Assembly: GCA_958009085.1 (NCBI GenBank) | Contig: OY253687.1 | Coordinates: 248,001 to 312,000, forward strand | Source: Protoeuglena noctilucae | Taxonomy: Eukaryota | Length of the DNA stretch: 64,000 nt | Direction: 5' to 3' | Shown: piece after piece, positions 35,553-51,521 of the stretch | Position numbering within the stretch: the stretch's first letter is position 1 | Layout of the letters: the number at the start of each line of letters is the position of its first letter | Program-made: the position numbers and the translations under genes | Notes under the pieces: model-generated | What the model saw: only the letters and a program-made list of their open reading frames with translations | Told to the model about the DNA's origin: nothing | Database searches by the model: none

Positions 35553-37513
35553 ATGGGGGGCGCCGTGCCGGACCCCCCCACGGCGGAGCGCGATACTCTG
35601 GTCGCGCAGCTGAGACGGGACATCGATTCAGAGCTCGACGTGAGTCACGCCCTCACGCGACGTCAAAAGCGAGCGGGGGAGAGCCTGGCGCGCGCACTCG
35701 GCATCGCTGGATCTGTGTTGACTTAAATGCGTCTTCCCCGCGCTTCCCTGGACCCCTTCCTTTGATCCCCGGGGCTTCCCCGACTGGGGTCGGGGGGACT
35801 GCGCTCCCCGGCTCCCACAGCGATCGAGGGCGGTTGTTGGGTGCTCGCGGACGAGACAGGCGTTGTATCTGCTCACTGGAGCGATGCGACGTCCCGCGAG
35901 CGCGCATTGCCGACCAATGCGCCGAGGCCCTTTCCCAGAGACCGTCCATCACGCCGGTCCCCGCGGTCGACGCGGCCCTGACCCACATTGTTGCGCTCGC
36001 CGCGTTTCTGTGCGCACCGATGGGGCTTGGAGGCGATGCGGTGGCGCGGGGCCGCCAAGATGCAGTCCACGCGATGTGACACGCTCCCGACCCTGACCGA
36101 TGGGATCGGCGACGTCGCGAAGACCTCCCGCCCTCCCCCTCCTCGTGCCGCAGACGGACGCCCTCCGCCATTGGTGCACGTGGCACTGCTGCCTCCGCTA
36201 CCTGCGCGCGCGCAAGGCGAGGCGCGCCCTGTTACCGCACCCTGCATCTAGCCTCTTGTTTCTGCCGCTGGCGCCTGGCGAGAACCGCTGCGTTCCGATG
36301 TCCGTCCGCTCCGACCTCGCTGCGCAGTGGAAGTACGACAAGGCGCTGGAGATGCTGCGCAAGTCGGTGGAGTGGCGTCGGGAGGTGCAGCCGGAGAGCA
36401 TCCGGTGGGACGACCTGCCCGAGCAGATGGTGACGGGGAAGATCATCGTGCCGAGGAGCGGGGACGTGTGCCTCCAGGGCAGGCCCATCCTGTTGATGGA
36501 GATGCGGCGCAACGAGTCCGACCCCGTGAAGGACGTCCAGGCGCAGGTCAAGCACCTCATCTACTGGATGGAGGTTGCCAGCCGAGCCGCGGATGCGCTG
36601 CCCAAGGTGCGGCCAGCGTGGCCTGCGCGCAGTTGCAAACCGAGGCCGCCCGTCATGCACACGTGGTGCATGGAAAGCCGGCCCAAGTTAGCTCGCCGAC
36701 TGGCCCATCGCTAGCTCACCAGCTCGCCCATCGCGCCATCGTCCCTGGGTCGCTGCCCGCAGGCGGACGGCAAGATGGTGTGGATCCTCAACCACACGGA
36801 CTTCAAGGCATCGGCGCAGGCGGCACCATTCAAGACGTCCCTCGACTGCCTGCACATCGTGCAGAACCACTACCCCGAGCGCCTGGGCCTGGCGGTGCTG
36901 TACAACTTCTCGTCGGCTCTCGGCATTTTCTGGGCCATGTTCCGGCCCTTCATCGACCCCGTCACGGCCAGCAAGGTCCAGTTCATCAATCCGAGCAGGG
37001 ACATGAAGACCACACGGCAGAACATGGGCAAGGTCAGGCCCAGTCGCTAGACCGCGTCACGTCTGTGCCAGCGCCTGCAAAGAGCCTTCGCAAGATGCAG
37101 GGCCAATACGTGTGTGTGTTCGCAGTTTTTCAACATGGCGCAGCTCGACCAGTGCTGTGCGGGCGACGCCGACTGGTTTGGCCGTGAGGACGGCGAACAG
37201 CTGAGCTTCGACGCCGAGGGGCACCGCAAGTTCATGGTCAAGGTGGGCAGCAGCTGCGCGGAGCAGGGTTGCGAGCCAGCGGTGTGTCGCTTGCGTGTCG
37301 TCGGCAGCCCATGCCACCCCTGTCCCTGCGCTTGACTCGCAGCAAGAGGAGCAGCTGCGGAAGGACATCGCTGCGCACGCCAAGAAGGGGGCCAACTGGT
37401 ACCTGGAGGACAGTCACGAGAGGGTGTCCCCGGAGCTCGAGGGGAAGGCGGAGCGCCGGGGGTGCTTGTGCTTGCGCCCCCGAGCCCGGAAGGACCGGGC
37501 CATGTCAGGGTGA
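35553..37513 (+). CDS. Sec14/CRAL-TRIO protein, copy 2 (B-type 5' end, A-type 3' end)
   Basis: Same motifs as copy 1. Exon 1 and intron 1 match copy 4; the remainder matches copy 1. Confidence 0.9.
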
Positions 37514-37819
37514 GATGCCCTCCATCACGTCCTCTCTCGTCGGAATCGCGGATCCACTGCGTCCCCATTCAATCACTGGTTGCGTTCTGTCCACCTGTGC
37601 TGGCGTTCGCGCCTGCCGCCTCCCGCGGCACCGTGTCTGGCACCCTTTTGCCGTTTCTGACGGCCCAAACCCGGGCGAGTTTTGGCGCGGGGCGCGCGGT
37701 GCGCTTCCGTGCAGAGGCGCGACGCATCGATCCCAGCGCGTAGCATCAGTCCTTCCTCGGTCTCCTCGCGGCGTTGCTTGAAGCAAGCGGCCTTTGACCT
37801 GAGCGGTGCCGAGAGAAAG

Positions 37820-39780
37820 ATGGGGGGCGCCGTGCCGGACCCCCCCACGGCGGAGCGCGATACTCTGGTCGCGCAGCTGAGACGGGACATCGATTCAGAG
37901 CTCGACGTGAGTCACGCCCTCACGCGACGTCAAAAGCGAGCGGGGGAGAGCCTGGCGCGCGCACTCGGCATCGCTGGATCTGTGTTGACTTAAATGCGTC
38001 TTCCCCGCGCTTCCCTGGACCCCTTCCTTTGATCCCCGGGGCTTCCCCGACTGGGGTCGGGGGGACTGCGCTCCCCGGCTCCCACAGCGATCGAGGGCGG
38101 TTGTTGGGTGCTCGCGGACGAGACAGGCGTTGTATCTGCTCACTGGAGCGATGCGACGTCCCGCGAGCGCGCATTGCCGACCAATGCGCCGAGGCCCTTT
38201 CCCAGAGACCGTCCATCACGCCGGTCCCCGCGGTCGACGCGGCCCTGACCCACATTGTTGCGCTCGCCGCGTTTCTGTGCGCACCGATGGGGCTTGGAGG
38301 CGATGCGGTGGCGCGGGGCCGCCAAGATGCAGTCCACGCGATGTGACACGCTCCCGACCCTGACCGATGGGATCGGCGACGTCGCGAAGACCTCCCGCCC
38401 TCCCCCTCCTCGTGCCGCAGACGGACGCCCTCCGCCATTGGTGCACGTGGCACTGCTGCCTCCGCTACCTGCGCGCGCGCAAGGCGAGGCGCGCCCTGTT
38501 ACCGCACCCTGCATCTAGCCTCTTGTTTCTGCCGCTGGCGCCTGGCGAGAACCGCTGCGTTCCGATGTCCGTCCGCTCCGACCTCGCTGCGCAGTGGAAG
38601 TACGACAAGGCGCTGGAGATGCTGCGCAAGTCGGTGGAGTGGCGTCGGGAGGTGCAGCCGGAGAGCATCCGGTGGGACGACCTGCCCGAGCAGATGGTGA
38701 CGGGGAAGATCATCGTGCCGAGGAGCGGGGACGTGTGCCTCCAGGGCAGGCCCATCCTGTTGATGGAGATGCGGCGCAACGAGTCCGACCCCGTGAAGGA
38801 CGTCCAGGCGCAGGTCAAGCACCTCATCTACTGGATGGAGGTTGCCAGCCGAGCCGCGGATGCGCTGCCCAAGGTGCGGCCAGCGTGGCCTGCGCGCAGT
38901 TGCAAACCGAGGCCGCCCGTCATGCACACGTGGTGCATGGAAAGCCGGCCCAAGTTAGCTCGCCGACTGGCCCATCGCTAGCTCACCAGCTCGCCCATCG
39001 CGCCATCGTCCCTGGGTCGCTGCCCGCAGGCGGACGGCAAGATGGTGTGGATCCTCAACCACACGGACTTCAAGGCATCGGCGCAGGCGGCACCATTCAA
39101 GACGTCCCTCGACTGCCTGCACATCGTGCAGAACCACTACCCCGAGCGCCTGGGCCTGGCGGTGCTGTACAACTTCTCGTCGGCTCTCGGCATTTTCTGG
39201 GCCATGTTCCGGCCCTTCATCGACCCCGTCACGGCCAGCAAGGTCCAGTTCATCAATCCGAGCAGGGACATGAAGACCACACGGCAGAACATGGGCAAGG
39301 TCAGGCCCAGTCGCTAGACCGCGTCACGTCTGTGCCAGCGCCTGCAAAGAGCCTTCGCAAGATGCAGGGCCAATACGTGTGTGTGTTCGCAGTTTTTCAA
39401 CATGGCGCAGCTCGACCAGTGCTGTGCGGGCGACGCCGACTGGTTTGGCCGTGAGGACGGCGAACAGCTGAGCTTCGACGCCGAGGGGCACCGCAAGTTC
39501 ATGGTCAAGGTGGGCAGCAGCTGCGCGGAGCAGGGTTGCGAGCCAGCGGTGTGTCGCTTGCGTGTCGTCGGCAGCCCATGCCACCCCTGTCCCTGCGCTT
39601 GACTCGCAGCAAGAGGAGCAGCTGCGGAAGGACATCGCTGCGCACGCCAAGAAGGGGGCCAACTGGTACCTGGAGGACAGTCACGAGAGGGTGTCCACGG
39701 AGCTCGAGGGGAAGGCGGAGCGCCGGGGGTGCTTGTGCTTGCGCCCCCGAGCCCGGAAGGACCGGGCCATGTCAGGGTGA
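37820..39780 (+). CDS. Sec14/CRAL-TRIO protein, copy 3 (B-type 5' end, A-type 3' end)
   Basis: Copy 2 offset by 2267 bp. One visible change, C>A at 39697 (Pro>Thr). Confidence 0.9.
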
Positions 39781-40086
39781 GATGCCCTCCATCACGTCCT
39801 CTCTCGTCGGAATCGCGGATCCACTGCGTCCCCATTCAATCACTGGTTGCGTTCTGTCCACCTGTGCTGGCGTTCGCGCCTGCCGCCTCCCGCGGCACCG
39901 TGTCTGGCACCCTTTTGCCGTTTCTGACGGCCCAAACCCGGGCGAGTTTTGGCGCGGGGCGCGCGGTGCGCTTCCGTGCAGAGGCGCGACGCATCGATCC
40001 CAGCGCGTAGCATCAGTCCTTCCTCGGTCTCCTCGCGGCGTTGCTTGAAGCAAGCGGCCTTTGACCTGAGCGGTGCCGAGAGAAAG

Positions 40087-41966
40087 ATGGGGGGCGCCGT
40101 GCCGGACCCCCCCACGGCGGAGCGCGATACTCTGGTCGCGCAGCTGAGACGGGACATCGATTCAGAGCTCGACGTGAGTCACGCCCTCACGCGACGTCAA
40201 AAGCGAGCGGGGGAGAGCCTGGCGCGCGCACTCGGCATCGCTGGATCTGTGTTGACTTAAATGCGTCTTCCCCGCGCTTCCCTGGACCCCTTCCTTTGAT
40301 CCCCGGGGCTTCCCCGACTGGGGTCGGGGGGACTGCGCTCCCCGGCTCCCACAGCGATCGAGGGCGGTTGTTGGGTGCTCGCGGACGAGACAGGCGTTGT
40401 ATCTGCTCACTGGAGCGATGCGACGTCCCGCGAGCGCGCATTGCCGACCAATGCGCCGAGGCCCTTTCCCAGAGACCGTCCATCACGCCGGTCCCCGCGG
40501 TCGACGCGGCCCTGACCCACATTGTTGCGCTCGCCGCGTTTCTGTGCGCACCGATGGGGCTTGGAGGCGATGCGGTGGCGCGGGGCCGCCAAGATGCAGT
40601 CCACGCGATGTGACACGCTCCCGACCCTGACCGATGGGATCGGCGACGTCGCGAAGACCTCCCGCCCTCCCCCTCCTCGTGCCGCAGACGGACGCCCTCC
40701 GCCATTGGTGCACGTGGCACTGCTGCCTCCGCTACCTGCGCGCGCGCAAGGCGAGGCGCGCCCTGTTACCGCACCCTGCATCTAGCCTCTTGTTTCTGCC
40801 GCTGGCGCCTGGCGAGAACCGCTGCGTTCCGATGTCCGTCCGCTCCGACCTCGCTGCGCAGTGGAAGTACGACAAGGCGCTGGAGATGCTGCGCAAGTCG
40901 GTGGAGTGGCGTCGGGAGGTGCAGCCGGAGAGCATCCGGTGGGACGACCTGCCCGAGCAGATGGTGACGGGGAAGATCATCGTGCCGAGGAGCGGGGACG
41001 TGTGCCTCCAGGGCAGGCCCGTCGTCCTCATGGAGAACCGGCGCAACACGAAGGAGGCGATGAAGGATGCCACGCGTATGATCCGGCACATGGTCTACTG
41101 GCTGGAGGCCGCGTCCAGGCAGGCGGACGCCATGCCCGAGGTGACGCGGCGCCGGGGCCTGCGAGGGGCGCACACAGCTCGGCACGTGCGGAGCGCGACG
41201 TACCGCCCTCGCTCGGCGCAACGCAGGCGGACGGCAAGATGGTGTGGGTGATTAACCAGACGGGGTACAAGGCGTCGAATGCTCCTCCCTTCAAGGTCTC
41301 CCTCGAGTGCCTCTCGATTCTCCAGAACCACTACCCCGAGCGCCTGGGCCTCGCCATCATGTACAACTTCCCGACCGCCATGGGTTTCTTCTGGAACATG
41401 ATCCGGCCCTTCATCGACCCCGTGACGGCCACCAAGGTCCAGTTCGTCAACCTGGCCCGGGACGTCCGGACCACGCGCCAGGCGATGGGCAAGGTGCGCA
41501 GTGGTACCGGCGCTGCAGCCCTCGCGCTTCTCGCGATGGAGCGCGGTGATGGGAAAGACCGCTTCTGTTTGTCCAACGCAGCACTTCGACCTGGCGCGCC
41601 TCGACCTGGCCGTGGAGGGCGACGCCGACTGGTTCGGCCGGGCAGACGGCGAACAGCTGAGCTTCGACGCCGAGGGGTACCGCAAGTTCATGGTCAAGGT
41701 GGGCAGCAGCTGCGCGGAGCAGGGTTGCGAGCCAGCGGTGTGTCGCTTGCGTGTCGTCGGCAGCCCATGCCACCCCTGTCCCTGCGCTTGACTCGCAGCA
41801 AGAGGAGCAGCTGCGGAAGGACATCGCTGCGCACGCCAAGAAGGGGGCCAACTGGTACCTGGATGGCAGTCAGGGGGGATCGTCACTGACGGATGGGCAG
41901 GAGGGGGGCAAGAAGCGCCGAGGGTGGATGTGCTTCTTGGCGCGGCCGGGGAAGGGATCGAGGTAG
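40087..41966 (+). CDS. Sec14/CRAL-TRIO protein, copy 4 (paralog B)
   Basis: Diverges from 41021 (GRPVVLMENRRNTKEAMKD, LSILQNHYPERLGLAIMYNFP) and has a distinct C-terminus. Confidence 0.92.
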
Positions 41967-42314
41967 GTCGGGTCGCGCCGCATCGTCCGCCGCCGCCCTG
42001 CCCGTGGCAAGGATCGACGTTTTCATTCATCGGCGCTTGCAGGAAGTCGGGGAGGGAGCACACCACGGTTTACAAGACCGTCTGAGCTTGCGAGCTGGTT
42101 GCAGTGCCAGCTGGGGTAAATGTGAGCTAGAGGGGAGGGCAGAACTCGAACGACCATCACTTTCTTCCATTGTTGCTCTTAGAGTCGAGCGCAGCGCAGT
42201 GTTGCGCGTGCTTTTGGGGCGGGCGCGACCCCCCGGCATGAACGCGGGGCGCGGACTTGGCCAGCACGTAGATTTGTCAATTGTGGCGATCGAGAGTGTG
42301 AGGGGGGGTCGAGG

Positions 42315-44709
42315 ATGGCGCTGGCCTGCGCGCCCGCCGCGGGGGCGTCGGGAGCCGGCCCCCGGAGCTTGAGAGCGTCGATCATCCGGGGCCCGGCACT
42401 CCCTTGTATAGATCGGAGGCGCACGTGGCGGCCAGGCGTGTCGCGGAGGGCGCAGGCCCAAGTGGAGGTCGCGCTGCCCCCCATTGAGGTCGAGCATGCG
42501 GACGTGGTTACTGGCCCGCTCGGCGATGCGCCGGAGCCGCGCCGCCGCAGGGGGCTGCTTGCCGTGACGTGCATCCTGGGTGGTTACGTCGTTGGCATGG
42601 TGAGCACCGGGTCGGTAGCGCACCAGGTGTCCCTCCAACAGCGTACCCGCCTTCTTTTTGCGAGCCGACCTTCGTCTCTCAGCGACGTAGGCGGTGGCCG
42701 GGAGCGATTCGGCAGAAACTCACCGTTGCGAACGCCCTGGAGCGCCGAGCCTCGACGCGTCCGCGACGAGTCGCCGACCTTGCGCATCCTCTCAAAATCT
42801 CAGCTCGTTCCGCCCCGGCCGTGACTCTCGCGCCCTCCTCTGCGTCTGCAGCTCAATATTATGGCCCTGAGCTCCTCTCTCCCGGTGCTGCGGGCCGCTG
42901 GCATGGGCAGCGCCGAGGTGGGAGCGCTCGTCTCGCTCACGGGCGTGGCCAATTCGGTCGGGAAGGTCATGCACGGCGCTCTCGCCGCCCAGGTTGCCCC
43001 TCGCTCCGCGCTCGTGTGGGTGCTGACCGCCGCCGCGGCCCTGTCCTACACGGCTTCTGCCTCCGGTGAGCACTTCATTGCAAGCGTCACCCATGGCATG
43101 CACTCGTCGCGTGGGCTCGCCACGGCCATCTTGTCGTGTTACAGCGCTGCGACGACTTTCTGCCTCCCTGCATCCCCCAGGTCGCCTGGACACGCCGCTC
43201 GGGTGTGGCATCCTCACAGCTTCCATCTGCGCCCAGCGCCTGGCCACCTCCGGCCTGTGGCTGTCCGCCACGCGCATGGTCCAGCAATGGTTCGCGCCGG
43301 CAGCTTACCCGAGGCTGCTGGGCGCCATCGCCTTCGCCTCCCGCATCGGTTCTTTCGGGGCCTCGTTCGGCTTCGGCGCCCTCCTCATGCGCGGCTACCC
43401 GTGGCAGTCGGTCTTCCACATCGCCGCTGGGGCGGCGGTGCTGGCCGCGGTCGCCATCGCCACCGCCCTCCCACCATCGCCCGCCCTCGCCGACCGCCCC
43501 GCGCGTGCCCGGCCCGCGCGCAACGTTGACCCGGCGGACGCAGGGGAGCCCGCGCCCGCCTCCTCCAGCGCCATCGTGCTCGCCTGCGACGCGGACGGGT
43601 GCCAGCCGAGGCGCTACGACGCAGCCGTGCCCCTGGGCCCGTGCCGCACGGAGGAGTGCGAGATCGGGAGGGTGCTGGACGGCGTCCCGACCCACGCAAC
43701 GCAGGGCTTCGACCCTCGCGGCACCGGGGGACGCAAGAGCGACGGGGACATTGTGGTCACCGCCCTGCCCCTCGCGACGCACGCCATGGTCCATGTCCCG
43801 ACCGGGCCCCGAGGCGCAGCGGCGAGCGGCGCAGCCGGGCCGGCGACGTCGCACGCGCCGGGTGGGGGCGCACCGATGACTGTGTGGGCCATGGCGGGGG
43901 CAGGGTCGCCTGCCGTGACGGGCCTCGGGGACGCGGGCACCGACAACGTGCTGTGGGTGTTTGGGCCGTGGTCGTGGGCCGGCCAGCCGCGGCCGCTGCG
44001 GGCGATCGCCAGCGCCGCGGCGTCGACGTCGGCGCGCGTCGCGGGNNNNNNNNNNNNNNNNNNNNNNNNNNNNNNNNNNNNNNNNNNNNNNNNNNNNNNN
44101 NNNNNNNNNNNNNNNNNNNNNNNNNNNNNNNNNNNNNNNNNNNNNNNNNNNNNNNNNNNNNNNNNNNNNNNNNNNNNNNNNNNNNNNNNNNNNNNNNNNN
44201 NNNNNNNNNNNNNNNNNNNNNNNNNNNNNNNNNNNNNNNNNNNNNTGTCTGCACGAGCAGCGGCCAAGCCCACAAGGGCACTAAGCACCTCCCCTTGCGT
44301 CGCTCGCAGCGCTGACGGCCGTGGTGGGCGCCTGTGCCTCAACGCCCTTCTACCTCGGCATCAGCGCGTGGACGATGCGCAAGGGCGGGAGCGACCTCGC
44401 TGTGCTGGAGGGGACCAGGTGACATGGCAGAGCGGCTGGTGCCACCCATGCTTTGCAGCCTTGTCTCATTCGCGCTTATCCCGATCAGCTTGTAGCGAAC
44501 GCGACGCATGTGCTGCTGGCCGACCTCTGCTCACGCCGCACGCCCTCTCGGTCCCTCGCAGCGACACGCTGGCGTGCATGTGCGCCGTGCTGTTTGACTT
44601 CGTGGCGGGGCTCCTGGCGGAGACCATCGGATGGTCCGGGGTCCTCGTCTGCTGGACCGTGGCGTCGATGGTGGCCGCCTCGTCCCTCATGAGTTTCATG
44701 CACGAATGA
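42315..44709 (+). CDS. MFS transporter, probably organophosphate:Pi antiporter-like (GlpT/SLC37); interrupted by an assembly gap
   Basis: TM helices with EVGALVSLTGVANSVGKVMHGALAA, WLSATRMVQQWF, ASRIGSFG, YPWQSVFHIAAG and terminal GLLAETIGWSGVL. The subfamily call is tentative. Confidence 0.72.
44046..44245. other. Assembly gap (200 N)
   Basis: Run of N. Confidence 1.
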
Positions 44710-45107
44710 CGGGCCCACTGATGGGTCGACCAGTGGGGCGCGCGAGGAGTATCGGACCCAAGGCGCCTCGGCCCAGGCGCGATCGAGTGAGAAGCAATAT
44801 GCGATCGCATATATTAGAGGTCAAGGATCACCTCTAGGGATGCCAGGAGAAGCAGACCCCTGACAGAGACGCATGGGAGGTGCGTCGCTTGCAGTTACAT
44901 CACAGGCCGTGATTTCGGCATATGTATTTCGGGATGCGTTTCAGACGGCCGGTCCGTTGCTCGGATGGCTCGACAGCAGAGTGTGTGTAGCAGGGTGCCA
45001 CCGTGAGGTTCGCGCAGGTGGCATCGCCGTACGATCTAGAGATGGGTTAGGGTAGAGAGCGCCGGTCGAATGGCCGTTGAAATCGCTGCAGTTTTCGCAA
45101 CTCGCGC

Positions 45108-48027
45108 TCACGCGCCCTGCTCCGCGGCCTGTATCAGGCTCCGCATGCCCTCTGCCGCTGCGTGGAGCGACCCCGTCACAACCACCACCCCGCCGCCCAG
45201 TGCCGCCACCTCAGTGACGGCGCGATGGATCCCCACCTTGACGCTGGCGGTCAACTGCGGGGGTCGCGGCATCCAATCAGGTCAGCTTGCGATAGCATGC
45301 ATAGGGACGCGTGACGTGTGCACGTAGCACATGCTGCTGCCACCCCAGCCCCCCACCTGCTCCCGGCAGACCATGCGCCCTTGCCCTCTCCGCCTCGCCT
45401 CGACCTCGGCCCGCTGCCACGCGGCGACCAGGGCCCCGGGCGCTGCAGCACGCGCATCGGAGCCCCCGACCCTCAGCCCCCCAGCAAACATGACCGCCAT
45501 GGGCGCCATCGCCCGCAGCGCCCCGCACACGCCCTCCGCGTCCTTGTCCGCCGCCATGGCGAGCACGACGGCCACGGGCGCGTCCGGGAAGAAACCCCGC
45601 ACCGTTTCTGACAGGGCGGCGGCGGACCCTGGGGTGTGCGCCCCGTCCAACACCACATGCACCGCGACGGGGTCCTGAGGAGACGGCCGGAGATGGCGTG
45701 AGTTGTCAGGCATCCGCATCGTTGCAAGGAAAGCGTTGAGAGCTAGAGTGACCCACCGCAATGTGCGAGCGAGAGCCCTACGCATAGCGTTGGTCCCCAA
45801 CCCTCACCGGGGCCCGGATGACGGGCGCTTCCGCGTCGCTCTCTTCCACGACCCGCCGCGCCAGGTCCGGGCGGTGGTGGTCGTGAGAGCAGCCGGACAT
45901 GCCGTGCTCGCGGTCATGGGCGCGGTTGTGGGAGCACCCCGCCGTGCCTGCGCCTGTGCCCGCTCCACCCACCGTCACTTGGTTCACAGACGGCACCGCC
46001 GCCATCACTTGCACGCGGCATGGGACGAAGGCCCTCTCCAGGCCAGCCCGCACCGCTGCCGGCGACAGCACGAGCCCCGCCTGCTCCAGCGCCACCGCCG
46101 CAGCTGCCACCGCCGTCTGTGCATTCACCCGCTGGTGCCGCCCCACGAGGCGCAGTCGTACGGGCGACGTGGCGAAGTCTGCCGGCAGCAGCGGCGGCGG
46201 GGCGCCCGGGGGCAGAGGTCCAGGGGCGCGGGGAGCCGCCGTCACCGCCACGTCTTGGAAACACAGGCTGCGTGAGTGGAGGGGCGGACACCGTAACAGG
46301 ACATCGATGGACAGGTCTTCGAGACTCGTGAAATCGTGACGTGCTGCGTGGGGTGCATGCAAGGAGGGCCTTACACCCAGGGTCCCACCTCGGTGGCCCT
46401 TGGCCAGGAGGTACCGTGGGGTCTACACCGATACCTAGCAACTCGACATTAACGACGTCGCTGGGTCGCACGACTGGGCACTCGAGAGCCTCGGCGTGGC
46501 GGAGTAGGACCTCCATCGCCTCGTCATGGGGCTGGGGAGCAATGACGCAGGGGCGGCGCGGGCCCTGGGAGGGTGTGGCACGGCAGGGCGGTGGTTGCGG
46601 TGACGAGGTCGCTGCCGCTGTCGCTGCCAGGACCATTACATAAGGTTTAAGTGATCCGTCTCGTTAGGTAACTCGTAAAAGCACCGCATGGACTGCACCT
46701 CTGCAGGACTGAGGCTTGACGCAGCGCTGCTCACCATGGCACCCGCCTTGGCGCTGGCGACGGCGGCCAGGGACCCACCGAGCGCGTCCATGTGCTCGGC
46801 GCCGATGCCCGTCACGACGGCGACGGCCAGGTTCTCTTTGGGGTAGACGTTTGTGGCGTCACGTGCTGCGCCGAGGCCGGCCTCCAGGACAGCGACGTCG
46901 CAGCGCTCGGCAGCGAACGCCTGGAGCGCCACGGCGGTCAGGGCCTCGAAGCGCGTGAGCCCCGGGGTCAGGCGCAGGGCCTCCTCGATCGCTGGGATGT
47001 TGCGGTGCACGGCAGCACGAAAGGCGTCCTGGGGAGCACGCAAAGCACGAAGGTCTCTAGATGCTCCCTGGCCGTCGACAAAAGCACCTTGAGAAGCATC
47101 ATTGCGGCGGATGGCCCACCATGCTTGGAGCAATGCAACGTGAAGAGCGCGGCAGTGGCAGGGAGCGTGGCAAGCGGGCAGCTCAGCAGAGAGCCTGGGT
47201 AACAGATAACTTAAAGAGGCCCTTTAGACGGACGTCAGGACACTAACCTCGGTTATGGGGCCCCAGTGGGGTGCATCGTTGAACAGCGCGATGCTCTCTC
47301 GAGGGTGGAAGAGGTGAGGTGACGTGTAGAGCCCGACAGACGCCCCGGATGCATGGAGAATGCCCGCCACCATCTGCGGAAAGCGCGGCGGCGAGACATG
47401 GGCCGCTCTGCGTATGCCATGCACGCCGATGACGGTGGCATCGCCCCTCGGACACGCGGGTGCGATGGCGGGCTCGACAGCGCTGACCAAGTCCAGGTCC
47501 AGCGTCTTAACCACACACGACCCGGCTGGGAAGGGACCGTGGGTAAGGGCCAGGCATGAGCTCACCTGCGCTGTCGACCCTTTCCCCTTGGTCCCCACCA
47601 CATGGACCACAGACAGGGACCGTTCTGGGTTGCCCATGAGACCGAGCAGCGCGCGCATGCGCGACAGGTCGAAACCATCCGGCGAGTCCGTGCCGGCGCC
47701 TCGGGGCACGCCTGCGGCGATGGATGTGTGGCCGCGATCGGGGGGGAAGTGGCAATGTTGGGAGACGCCATGCCTGGAATGCCGTGAAAATGGCTCGCGC
47801 TTACCGAACTTTTCGAAGTCGACCAGCCGGTCAAGAAAACCAATCGGGTCGCCCTCCGAGCGCGCCCAGGAGCCCACGCTCCGCCCATCCATGCCAGCCT
47901 CTCCGCCACATCTGCTCGACGCCAGCCACCCAAAGCAGCTCCACGCAGCCGATGGAGGACGCGTATTCCATCGCGCGCTGTGGACCCCAAGCAGGCGGGC
48001 CGAGCAGGCGCGCAGGGCGCCCGCCAT
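45108..48027 (-). CDS. DHFS: Dihydrofolate synthase / folylpolyglutamate synthase (FolC family), organelle-targeted
   Basis: GVPRGAGTDSPDGFDLSRM (plant DHFS-like), HVVGTKGKGST, GLYTSPHL, TRFEALTAVA, VLEAGLGAARDATN, EHMDALG, GRHQRVNA, VVLDGAHT and VVTGSLH. Confidence 0.92.
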
Positions 48028-48320
48028 TGCCCGGCGGCGTGGGCGCCCCGACGCCGCGCGAGGGCGTGGCGATGCTGGCCCGAGGCAGCACAGAACCTCG
48101 CACGCAACAGGATGCTGCCACGCAAAGCTGCGACCCGGAATCTGGAGCCGTACCCGCTTTCCTTGCAGGGCCTCACCCGCCAGCAGCCCCCAGTTGATCC
48201 GGCCATTGCGCGACAGGCGCTTTGCCATCGCGAGAGTCCATTAACGTCCATTTCGTGTCGCACCTGACTGTTCGCGTGGTGCAGAAGAGCGCTTTGCGTT
48301 GCAAAAGAGAGGGGCCCGTC

Positions 48321-51111
<2,791 letters not shown>

Positions 51112-51521
51112 GAGGGGCTGGGCGGGGTGCAGCCTGCGGCCGCGTGCACCTAGAGAGCCGCGCTGCTTCGTCCACCTTTCAACCGGCGGTTGAATGGAGC
51201 ACACCAACGCGGGCCGGGGCGTCCGCGCGGCACGCGGCGTGCGGCCTCAGGCAGGCATCGCTGCGATGGACGAAAACCTACACGCGCCAGCCCAGAATCT
51301 GCTCTGCAGCCCGTCTGCGACCCTCTGGTACGTGCAGGAGCCCGGCGCCGCCGACCTTGCGGAGGGAGGAGGCGCCGGGTGAACCCCAAGTGGCCGGGCG
51401 GCTCTGCAGGACGGGCGAGGGTTAGTAAGGAGCGACGGGGCCCGTGGTGCGCCTGGCCATCGCTCGCATGCGCGTTCGCGGGCCACGTGTCACGTACATG
51501 CGACCGCGGCCGCCGCGCACC

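Larger units (their letters stand above)
33857..41020 (+). repeat. Near-perfect tandem repeat, 2267-bp period, about 3.15 units
   Basis: The ORF track and the sequence recur at +2267, +4534 and +6801. Confidence 0.97.
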
